Source: an uncultured Erysipelotrichaceae bacterium (GTDB lineage: Bacteria > Bacillota_I > Bacilli_A > RFN20 > CAG-826). Taken from it: 64,000 nucleotides of DNA. The number at the start of each line of letters is the position of its first letter. The first letter of the stretch is position 1. The DNA lies in contig CADBUI010000026.1 in the NCBI GenBank assembly GCA_902797855.1, forward strand, positions 1,626-65,625, given 5' to 3'. Under the pieces are notes generated by a model. That model worked only from the letters and a program-made list of their open reading frames with translations, was not told the origin of the DNA and ran no database searches. The translations under genes and the position numbers were made by a program. Shown here piece after piece: positions 8,993 through 17,589 of this stretch.

Positions 8993-11900
8993 TTTTTAGC
9001 CTTCTTATATAGCTCATCGATACATTCAAGGATGACTTCTAAATCTAAAATCCAGTTATCTTCTTTCGCTAATCGGAGTTTAAGAACTTTTTGAATGTAT
9101 GTAAGTTTAACTTTATCAATATATGGTTCAAGGATTTCAAATAAAGATGCACCTATACCATTAATATTCGAGAATGATTTTGATAATTTGATTTCAATAC
9201 AATCAGAATATTCATTAGCAGAATCAAATTCTTCTTTAGAAAGTAAAATATCAATCTTCTTTGATTGAAGAAGTAATTTAACTTCGCCAGGAAGTCGACC
9301 ATAGATATCTCTCATCTTTCTAGAAATATCTTTGAGTTGTTTTTCGTCTTTAGCGGAGTCAATTTCTTGATATAGTTCAATCTTATCTTCGCTTGATGCA
9401 TAACTATCAGGAATGTAAGCATCAACCGAAAACATCTTAACTGGTCGAGGTGGCTCACTAGCAACACCGGTCTTCTTTTCTTCAATTACTTCATTGAGAA
9501 GTTTTAGATATAAATCAAGACCAATTGAATCAATGAATCCAGCCTGTTCTGGACCAAGAATATCACCTGCTCCTCGAATCATTAAATCTCTTTGGGCAAT
9601 CTTATATCCACTACCAAGTTCAGCAAAATCTTGAATAGCTTTTAGACGCTTTTCAGCGGACTTGTTGAGGGTTTTTCCTTCTCTATAGAATAGATAAGCA
9701 TAAGCAATTCTATTACCTCTACCAACTCTACCTTTAATTTGATAAAGCTGAGCAAGACCAAACTTATCTGCATCTTCAATAATCATCAAATTAGCGTTTT
9801 GAACATCGATACCATTTTCAATAATTGATGTCGCTACTAAGATATCAATTTCGCCAGAATAAAATCTTTCCATTACGTCATCTATATCGTCTTTATTCAT
9901 CTGGCCATGAACCACTCCCACTCTTGCACTAGGAATCGCTCTTTGAATCTTTTCAGCAACATGGTAAATAGAACTTACTACGTTATAAACGTAAAAGACT
10001 TGTCCTTTTCTAGATAATTCTCTTTCCATAAGTTCTTTTGCAACCGCAAAATTAAATGGAGCGACATAAGTTTGAATTGTGGATCTATTATTTGGAGCAG
10101 TTTGTATTTGCGACACTGGCCTAACTCCGATAAGTGACAATTGAAGCGTTCTAGGAATTGGTGTTGCAGATAATGAAAGAACATCCACATTAGTTTTTAG
10201 TTCTTTAATTCTTTCTTTTTGTTCAACACCAAAACGTTGCTCTTCATCAACAATAAGTAATCCAAGATCTTTAAATGAAAAATCTTTAGAAAGTAAACGA
10301 TGTGTTCCTATCACAAGATGAATCTCTCCACTTGCGATTCTTTTCATATAATCTTTCTGTTCGCTTTCAGGCACAAGTCTAGAGATAATTGCAATTTTCA
10401 CTCCATAACCAGAGAATCTTTCTTTCGCTCTTTCATAATGTTGTTTTGCAAGCAAAGTAGTTGGGCAAAGAATTGCGACTTGTTTCCCGTTTTCAATCGC
10501 TTTAAACGCTGCTCTAAAAGCAACTTCTGTTTTTCCAAATCCGACATCACCACAAAGAAGCCTATCCATTGCGTGCGGAGATTCCATATCTTTTTTAATT
10601 TCTTTAACGGCTTGATCTTGATCTTTTGTGAGTTCAAAAGGAAATTCACTTTCGAATTGATTTTGAAATTCGTCATCTTTTGAGAAGGCAAAGCCTTCTT
10701 GAGTTGCTCTTTCACTATATAATTTAAATAGTCTATCTGCGAGTTCGTTGACTCTCTCTTTAATATGTTTCTTGGTCTTTTCCCATTCTTTTCCATTTGG
10801 ATTAGATAGTTTGGGCGCAGCGCCTTCTCTACCTGCATATTTCCTCACCATTCTAAATTGAGAAAGAGGTATATAAATTACATTTGTGCCGGCATATTGA
10901 ATATGTAAATAATCAGTGTGCTTACCATCAAACTCTAAAGTTTTGACATCTAAGTATCTACCAATACCATATTGCTCGTGAACAACATAGTCACCTGGTT
11001 TAAGTTCTTCGAAGTTTTTAATAATGGTGCCTTCTTTAAATCTATTTAAGTAGGTCGCACCTTTTGATTGATAACCAAATAACTCTTTACTAGAGATAAA
11101 AGCGTATTTATATTCAGGAAGTTCAAAGCCTTCTACCAGTGGGAAAAGAGTAATACCTAGTTTTTTAGTAGGTATACTGAGACCTTCTAAATATTCATAA
11201 TCAATATTTTCTTCTTTTAATAGATTAGTGACAGCTTCGATTTGCTGTTTACTCGCTAAAGCGATAACAGTCTTCTTATTACTTTCTAAATATGAGTTAA
11301 CAATAATATCGAGATTAGATAATGTGGTCTTAGAAAATACGATTGGATGAATATTAAAATGAATATCTTTTGAATTTTCATAAAATGGTCGAGTTTTAAT
11401 TATGTCGTGATTTTTTAGTACTCTATCGACTTTTAGATACATTTCTTGATGAGAAAGAAGTTTTCCCTCTTTCACAAGTGAATTAAAATATTCACTACTT
11501 TCCGAAAGCGTTAAATCACACGATGTCTTAAATTGCTTATCATTATTCACAATTAGAAGTTCTGGATCAACATAGTCAATTAAGGTCGCTATATCTCTTT
11601 TTATATATTGGAAATATTTATATGAGCGCGGGTGAAATAAGTGAGAAGAAATTTTCTCATAATCAAGTTCAACAGTTTGTTTTAAAAGCGAATAAGCTTC
11701 GTCATCAAGTAATTCTTTATCTTTGATAAGTTGTTCATCAATATTCTTTCTAAACTTTGATATTTCTTCTTCGGTAAATAAGCAATCGTTTGCAGGAATA
11801 ATTTCTACACAATCAAGCGCATCATTAGAAGATTGAGAACCAATATCAAAATAATGAATTGATTCAACTTCATCTCCAAATAATTCGATTCTAATTGGGG

Positions 11901-12453
11901 AGGTATAGTTAACTGGAAATATATCAAGAATATCTCCACGAGACGCAACTTCTAAAGATTGATCAATTTTTGGAACTAGCAGATAACCGTATTCAACTAG
12001 CTTTCGTTTGAGTTCATCAATATTAATTTGATCTCCAACATTAATTTTGAAGACTGAATTTTTAAATTGATTAATGGACACAAGAGGTAATAACACAGAC
12101 GATGCATGAGCGATAACTATTTTCTTTTCTTTTTTAAGTGCTTCATTTAAGACAAATAATCGTTGGGCTAAAAATTCTTTTGAAGAAGTAACAAGCTCGC
12201 ACCTAAGAACATCATCCGCAGGGAAAAGTAAAATGTTTTCTTCTCCCACTAAAGAAGACATAAAGTCCGCTATCCTTTGAGCGGAATATAGGCTAGATGT
12301 TAGTAGTAAAATGCTCTTTTTCTCTTTATTAAAAGCGCTAGCGACAAGCAGAGAAATTCCTATAGAATCATCAACGCAAAAATTCCCTCTTTTCATTAGG
12401 AGGGAGGTAACGGCATCATCATTTTCTAAGATTTCTAATAGGTTTTTACTCAA
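8989..12453 (-). CDS. mfd: Transcription-repair coupling factor Mfd
   Basis: 1154 aa with a UvrB-homology N-terminus, the CarD/RID region ([12 protein letters not shown]), SF2 helicase motifs ([17 protein letters not shown]) and a TRCF C-terminus. Confidence 0.95.
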   Translation of the reverse strand: MSKNLLEILENDDAVTSLLMKRGNFCVDDSIGISLLVASAFNKEKKSILLLTSSLYSAQRIADFMSSLVGEENILLFPADDVLRCELVTSSKEFLAQRLFVLNEALKKEKKIVIAHASSVLLPLVSINQFKNSVFKINVGDQINIDELKRKLVEYGYLLVPKIDQSLEVASRGDILDIFPVNYTSPIRIELFGDEVESIHYFDIGSQSSNDALDCVEIIPANDCLFTEEEISKFRKNIDEQLIKDKELLDDEAYSLLKQTVELDYEKISSHLFHPRSYKYFQYIKRDIATLIDYVDPELLIVNNDKQFKTSCDLTLSESSEYFNSLVKEGKLLSHQEMYLKVDRVLKNHDIIKTRPFYENSKDIHFNIHPIVFSKTTLSNLDIIVNSYLESNKKTVIALASKQQIEAVTNLLKEENIDYEYLEGLSIPTKKLGITLFPLVEGFELPEYKYAFISSKELFGYQSKGATYLNRFKEGTIIKNFEELKPGDYVVHEQYGIGRYLDVKTLEFDGKHTDYLHIQYAGTNVIYIPLSQFRMVRKYAGREGAAPKLSNPNGKEWEKTKKHIKERVNELADRLFKLYSERATQEGFAFSKDDEFQNQFESEFPFELTKDQDQAVKEIKKDMESPHAMDRLLCGDVGFGKTEVAFRAAFKAIENGKQVAILCPTTLLAKQHYERAKERFSGYGVKIAIISRLVPESEQKDYMKRIASGEIHLVIGTHRLLSKDFSFKDLGLLIVDEEQRFGVEQKERIKELKTNVDVLSLSATPIPRTLQLSLIGVRPVSQIQTAPNNRSTIQTYVAPFNFAVAKELMERELSRKGQVFYVYNVVSSIYHVAEKIQRAIPSARVGVVHGQMNKDDIDDVMERFYSGEIDILVATSIIENGIDVQNANLMIIEDADKFGLAQLYQIKGRVGRGNRIAYAYLFYREGKTLNKSAEKRLKAIQDFAELGSGYKIAQRDLMIRGAGDILGPEQAGFIDSIGLDLYLKLLNEVIEEKKTGVASEPPRPVKMFSVDAYIPDSYASSEDKIELYQEIDSAKDEKQLKDISRKMRDIYGRLPGEVKLLLQSKKIDILLSKEEFDSANEYSDCIEIKLSKSFSNINGIGASLFEILEPYIDKVKLTYIQKVLKLRLAKEDNWILDLEVILECIDELYKKAKK

Positions 12454-13019
12454 CTATTATCACCACCATTATACTTGCTCATAATTTTGCTAAAGGAGAC
12501 ACCAAGTACAAATTCTTTTGCAGCCTTAGAAGCCTTATCGATTCCACGCTTCCAATCAATTAGTTCATCACCTTTTGGTTTTCCTAAGACATAATCGATT
12601 GCACTAAACTCAGGTTCGCCAATACCAACTCTAATTCTTTTGATATCGCTTGTGCCAAGTAAATCAATAATATTTTGGATACCTTTTTGACCTCCGCTAC
12701 TACCTTTTAAACGTAGGCGAATATCTCCAACTTTAATTGCCATATCATCATAAATGATAAGAATATCTTCTAAATCAACTTTAAAGAATTGCTTTGCTTC
12801 TAAAACTGATTTCCCTGATAAGTTCATGAATGTAGTTGGTTTAAGTAAAACAACATCTTCATCATCAACTTTAAATTTTGTGTAGATTCCAGAAAAACCT
12901 TCTCTATCAAATTCAACTTGAAGAGAATCCGCTAAAGAATCAATAGTTAAATAACCAGAATTATGTCTGGTATTTTCATATTCTTTACCTGGATTTCCTA
13001 GTCCTACAATAAGTTTCAT
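12450..13019 (-). CDS. pth: Peptidyl-tRNA hydrolase
   Basis: MKLIVGLGNPGKEYENTRHNSGY and IGIGEP motifs. The stop overlaps the mfd start. Confidence 0.95.
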   Translation of the reverse strand: MKLIVGLGNPGKEYENTRHNSGYLTIDSLADSLQVEFDREGFSGIYTKFKVDDEDVVLLKPTTFMNLSGKSVLEAKQFFKVDLEDILIIYDDMAIKVGDIRLRLKGSSGGQKGIQNIIDLLGTSDIKRIRVGIGEPEFSAIDYVLGKPKGDELIDWKRGIDKASKAAKEFVLGVSFSKIMSKYNGGDNS

Positions 13020-13098
13020 ATTGTGGTGATTATATCACAAATATAAATTATATTTAATTATTCCAATAAAAATATTTGGAATATATAATTTAAGAGTT

Positions 13099-14061
13099 AT
13101 GAACAAGTTTAAAAATTGGATATTTGATTTACTAAAAGGTATTGGAATAGGTTTAGCTTGTATCATTCCAGGTGTCTCTGGTGGTACAGTCGCGTTAGTC
13201 ACAAAGATATATGACAAAATGGTTAATGCCATCTCCTCTTTGTTTAGGAGTTTTGTTAAAAGTTTCTTAATTTTACTTCCAATCGGAATCGGAATAATTA
13301 TTGGAGTTGTTGCAGGTTTTTTTGGAGTAAAACTTGCTTTTACATATATTTTATTCTCTATTGTTTCTTTATTTGCAGGTCTTATTTTAGGAAGTATTCC
13401 AAGTATCTCTCTAGAAGTTAGAAATGAACGTATTAAAGCGCCATATATTGTAACGTTTACTATCGCATTACTTTTAGTGGTGGGAATTGCTTTATTATCA
13501 TTCTATTTCCAAACACAAGGTTATGTTGGAGTGACTTCCGAATTATTAAATCCAAAAGTCTATATGTACTTTGTCATGATTCCAATTGGAATATTATCTT
13601 CCTTTGCTTTAGTTGCTCCTGGAATTTCTGGATCAATGCTACTTATGGTCATTGGTTTTTATCAACCACTTTTAGAACTGCTTTCTTCTTTGAAGAACAC
13701 AAACGATCAATTCGGTCAACATCTTGGATTAATCGGATGCTTTATCTTAGGAATTGTCGTTGGCTTCTTCTTAGTTGCGAGACTCGTGAAATATTTACTT
13801 AATAAACACCGCGTTATTACATTCTATGGAATTCTAGGATTTGTTGTGGGTTCACTTCCAGCAATCTTCCTTAATTTAGATATTTGGGAAGGATACGCAA
13901 CAAGTAACACTACTTCATATGCTGGAGTGATTAATAACCCAATCGAACTTGCTCTTGGAATTCCGTTATTCTTCGTTGGAGCAATCGCATCATATTTATT
14001 ACTTAGACTAGCGAACAAAAAGAATAACGAAGTAACAAATAAGGAAATAGATAATGCCTAG
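13099..14061 (+). CDS. DUF368-family polytopic membrane protein (family implicated in polyprenyl-phosphate recycling, PopT-like)
   Basis: Duplicated PGVSGGT / PGISGS motifs and about 8 predicted TM helices are typical of DUF368. Confidence 0.7.
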   Translation: MNKFKNWIFDLLKGIGIGLACIIPGVSGGTVALVTKIYDKMVNAISSLFRSFVKSFLILLPIGIGIIIGVVAGFFGVKLAFTYILFSIVSLFAGLILGSIPSISLEVRNERIKAPYIVTFTIALLLVVGIALLSFYFQTQGYVGVTSELLNPKVYMYFVMIPIGILSSFALVAPGISGSMLLMVIGFYQPLLELLSSLKNTNDQFGQHLGLIGCFILGIVVGFFLVARLVKYLLNKHRVITFYGILGFVVGSLPAIFLNLDIWEGYATSNTTSYAGVINNPIELALGIPLFFVGAIASYLLLRLANKKNNEVTNKEIDNA

Positions 14062-14623
14062 ACGTCCACTTCAATTTAAACAAATGAAGGACGAAAGAAA
14101 ATTGTCCATACTAGAGGCATCGCTGCCTCTTTTTGCTATTCATAGCAAAGAAAAAGTTTCGATAGATTCGATATGTAAAAATGCGAAGTGTTCACATGGA
14201 CTTATTTATCATTATTTTAAAAATGTTGATGAAATATATTCTGAGTTGCTTAAATCTCTAACATATAAATCACTTAAAGAAGCGTTATTTGTGAACTTTA
14301 AATCAATGTATGCTTTTGATGGGCTTAAACATATCACAAATACTTTAATTACAAATTTTAATGAGATTCATAATATTTGTTTTATTTCCTTAATTATTAA
14401 TGAAGAAGGCAAAGATTCACTATATGAAACTCTAATTTATTTAATTAAAAGAGGTCAAAAAGAAGGAGATGTCACTGGAGGAGATCCAAAAGACATTGCA
14501 AACGCTTTCTTATTTATTTTTAAGGGAATGAGTCTACAATATCTCCTCAACAAAAATTCAAAGGTCATTATTAAAGACCCAGATGTTATTGTTGAGCTAT
14601 TTAGAAAAAGGAGTCGCGTATGA
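14054..14623 (+). CDS. TetR/AcrR-family transcriptional regulator
   Basis: The N-terminal HTH is ILEASLPLFAIHSKEKVSIDSICKNAKCSHGLIYHYFKN. There is an 8-nt overlap with the upstream gene and an ATGA overlap with the downstream gene. Confidence 0.75.
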   Translation: MPRRPLQFKQMKDERKLSILEASLPLFAIHSKEKVSIDSICKNAKCSHGLIYHYFKNVDEIYSELLKSLTYKSLKEALFVNFKSMYAFDGLKHITNTLITNFNEIHNICFISLIINEEGKDSLYETLIYLIKRGQKEGDVTGGDPKDIANAFLFIFKGMSLQYLLNKNSKVIIKDPDVIVELFRKRSRV

Positions 14624-15807
14624 ATTTTGTGTTTATATCCCCTAATTTCCCAACAATATATTCAAAATTTGTTCGTGCATTAAAAGAAAATGGCGCGAAT
14701 GTTCTTGGTATTGGAGACACTCCATACTTTGACACAAATGAAGAGTTAAGAAATTACATTACTGAATATTACTATTTACCATCTTTATCTAATAAAGAAG
14801 AGATGAGAAAAGCTCTTCAATATTTTTCGGATAAATATGGCCACATCGATTTCCTTGAATCCAATAATGAATATTGGCTTGAACAAGATGCATATTTCCG
14901 TGAAATTTTCCGTATTGATACTGGATTTTATCCAAAGGATATGGAAAAGATTAAATATAAATCTAAAATGAAAGAATATTTCCAAAAAGCTGGCGCAAAA
15001 ACTGCTAGATATATTCTTGTTTCTTCATTAGAAAAATCACTTGAGTTCGCCAAAGAAGTTGGATATCCACTTTTTGTTAAACCGGATAATGGTGTAGGTG
15101 CCGCTCATTCATACAAAATTTCTAACGAAGAGGAATTAAGAAATTTCCATAACTCTAACTTAGAAACAACATACATCATGGAAGAATATATCGATGGTGA
15201 ACTCATGTCATTTGATGGAATATGTGACATAGACGGAAATGTTGTTATATGCATTAATGAACATTTCCCAACTCCAATCGCTGAAGTTGTTAATGAAAAT
15301 AAAGATGTCTATTATTATGCCGATGCATCTATGCCAGAAAGTTTTAGAAAACTAGGTGAATCAGTCGTCAAAACTTTTGGAATTTCTAAAAGATGTTTCC
15401 ACATCGAATTCTTTAAATTGAAGAAAGCCAAAAAAGGTTTAGGAAAAGCGGGAGACATTATTGCGCTTGAGACAAATATGCGTTCTCCTGGTGGAAACAC
15501 TCCTGATTTACTATGTATGGCAATAAATGCGAACTATTACAAAATTTACGCGGATGTTATTTGCTTTAACCAGTCGAAAGAAGATTTAAATAGAGAAAAA
15601 TATATCGCTATGTCAGTTGCAAGACATAACAATAAACAATATACCCATTCAAAAGAAGACATCATGAATAAATATCATGAAAATATTAAAGAAGTTGGGG
15701 TCTATCCAAAAGGTATTAGAGAAGCAATGGGTGATGACTTCTATTTCGCAACTTTTAAAGATTTAAAATCTGCGAATGAGTTTAAAGATTTTGTCTTAAA
15801 ACAATAG
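14620..15807 (+). CDS. ATP-grasp domain protein (carboxylate-amine ligase type, substrate unknown)
   Basis: The central region KSKMKEYFQKAGAKTARY...GYPLFVKPDNGVGA...YIMEEYIDGEL...IEFF...ALETNMRSPGG follows the ATP-grasp layout. Confidence 0.7.
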   Translation: MNFVFISPNFPTIYSKFVRALKENGANVLGIGDTPYFDTNEELRNYITEYYYLPSLSNKEEMRKALQYFSDKYGHIDFLESNNEYWLEQDAYFREIFRIDTGFYPKDMEKIKYKSKMKEYFQKAGAKTARYILVSSLEKSLEFAKEVGYPLFVKPDNGVGAAHSYKISNEEELRNFHNSNLETTYIMEEYIDGELMSFDGICDIDGNVVICINEHFPTPIAEVVNENKDVYYYADASMPESFRKLGESVVKTFGISKRCFHIEFFKLKKAKKGLGKAGDIIALETNMRSPGGNTPDLLCMAINANYYKIYADVICFNQSKEDLNREKYIAMSVARHNNKQYTHSKEDIMNKYHENIKEVGVYPKGIREAMGDDFYFATFKDLKSANEFKDFVLKQ

Positions 15808-15822
15808 ATATTTATCGGAGAT

Positions 15823-15852
15823 AAAAGGTACGAAATTATCGTACCTTTTTTT
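15823..15852. terminator. Bidirectional rho-independent terminator between convergent genes
   Basis: GGTACGA(15827..15833)-AATTA-TCGTACC(15839..15845) is flanked by AAAA upstream and TTTTTTT downstream. Confidence 0.75.
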
Positions 15853-15853
15853 C

Positions 15854-17422
15854 TTATATTTTCTTTTCCTCAATTAATTTCTCGTAATGTTTCAAATCAG
15901 AGTAAATATTTTTAAGTTGAGGGAACATCTTCATATAAACCTTATTATATAGATATTCATATTTTCGATGATTCTCTAAATTAGGTTTAAATTCAATTGA
16001 TTGATGAACCATTGCGTTAACAGCTTCTTGTGGAGAAGAAAATTCTTTTGCAGCGAGGAATCCCGCCATCGCACAACCTAATGAAGAGCATTCATAAGTT
16101 TGAATTCTTGAAACAGGGAGTCCAAAGATATCTGCAGTAATCTGACAGATGGCATCACTTTGTGATCCTCCACCAGAAATACGAATTCTTTTTACTTTCT
16201 TATGAGTTCTTTTCTTTTCGAAGAATTCCATACCTTCGCGAAGTGCAAAGGCAATACCTTCAATAATCGCTCTATATAAGTGAATTCTTGTATGAGAATC
16301 ACTGAAACCGATAATAGCGCCTTTCGCAAGAGGTCTTCTAAGACCTGGTCCCCAATATGGTTGAAGGACTAAGCCATTACATCCTGGTTCAATTTTTAGC
16401 ATTTCTTTATCTAAAACGCTTACTGCAAGAGTGTTTTGAATTTCAGCTTCAAGTTTTTCGGCTGTACCAAATTGATCAGCAAACCAATTAAGCATCCAAT
16501 ATCCACGATAGATTTGAACTTCGAGGTTATAATAACCTGGCACAACAGAAGGATAAGCTGGTAAGAATGGTTCAGCATCCGAATATTTATCAACTGTGAT
16601 TTCAACTGTCGAAGCAGTGCCATAACTTACAGCAGCGGTTTCTTTATCAATCGCACCTAATCCAAATGTTTCTGCAGACTTATCTGAACCACACGCAAAC
16701 ATCTTTAAACCAACAGGAAGTCCGGTCTTTTTGCTTGCTTCCTCAGTTATTGTACCCATTACTTCGCCTACAGGAACTAATTTACAAAGTAATTTATTTT
16801 CAACACCATAAATCTCGCCTTTAAGGGCACCATCTTTGTACCATTTACGTTTCTTAAACCAAATTGGAATATGTCCGGCTTGAGAAGCAGGTGAATCAAC
16901 ATAGTCCCCTAATAATTGCATGGTCACAAATGTTGAAAGATTCATGTACTTATCAACTTTTGCCCAAATCTCTGGCTCATTTTCTTGAATCCAAAGAGCC
17001 ATTGTGCGTTTTCTATTAAGTTCAATAGTTGGACCCATACCAACAAGTTTAAATAATGTTTTTCTTCCAAAACTTAGTGGTCTTTTCGCATCTGATCTTC
17101 TTTGGTCAAGCCAAAGAATAGCAGGTCTAAGAGGTTTGTTATCTTTATCAAGAATAACTGGAGAATCTCTAAAGAATGACATAGTAATTCCTAAGATGTC
17201 ATCTACTTTATCTTTATTTTTTTCAATTAATGGTCTTGTTGCTTTTGCAAGTGAATCTATATAAAAATATGGATCTTGCTCAGCGTATCCTGGTTTTGGT
17301 GAATTATATACAGGTTCATATTTAATCTTTTCAATGGCGACTATCTCGCCTTTTTTATTAAATAAACCCGCTCTAACAGATTGAGTACCAAAATCAATTG
17401 TGAGAATTAGTGGTTCTTTCAT
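15854..17422 (-). CDS. FGGY-family carbohydrate kinase (sugar specificity not determinable)
   Basis: LILTIDFGTQSVRAG at the N-terminus and the C-terminal GGGSQSD motif. I prefer the ATG at 17422, which has GGAA/AAGAAGG upstream. The ORF-track GTG at 17461 adds a Cys/Phe-rich extension. Confidence 0.8.
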   Translation of the reverse strand: MKEPLILTIDFGTQSVRAGLFNKKGEIVAIEKIKYEPVYNSPKPGYAEQDPYFYIDSLAKATRPLIEKNKDKVDDILGITMSFFRDSPVILDKDNKPLRPAILWLDQRRSDAKRPLSFGRKTLFKLVGMGPTIELNRKRTMALWIQENEPEIWAKVDKYMNLSTFVTMQLLGDYVDSPASQAGHIPIWFKKRKWYKDGALKGEIYGVENKLLCKLVPVGEVMGTITEEASKKTGLPVGLKMFACGSDKSAETFGLGAIDKETAAVSYGTASTVEITVDKYSDAEPFLPAYPSVVPGYYNLEVQIYRGYWMLNWFADQFGTAEKLEAEIQNTLAVSVLDKEMLKIEPGCNGLVLQPYWGPGLRRPLAKGAIIGFSDSHTRIHLYRAIIEGIAFALREGMEFFEKKRTHKKVKRIRISGGGSQSDAICQITADIFGLPVSRIQTYECSSLGCAMAGFLAAKEFSSPQEAVNAMVHQSIEFKPNLENHRKYEYLYNKVYMKMFPQLKNIYSDLKHYEKLIEEKKI

Positions 17423-17589
17423 AGCTGTTTCCTTCTTAAACATAATACACGAAAAACACACTTAAATATAGCGAGATTTGAAACCGCTTAAATAACTTTG
17501 TTATTGATATAAGCGCGCGCACTTGATAAATTATTTATGCGATTATTTTTCGCGTACATATAGGTTATATTGTCAATTAGGAGGAAAAT

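Noticed and set aside
17513-17520. A GCGCGCGC alternating purine-pyrimidine tract in the AT-rich kinase/ppdK intergenic region (Z-DNA-prone?).
   Set aside because: It is only 8 nt long, occurs once and has no partner repeat. That is too short to support any structural or regulatory claim.
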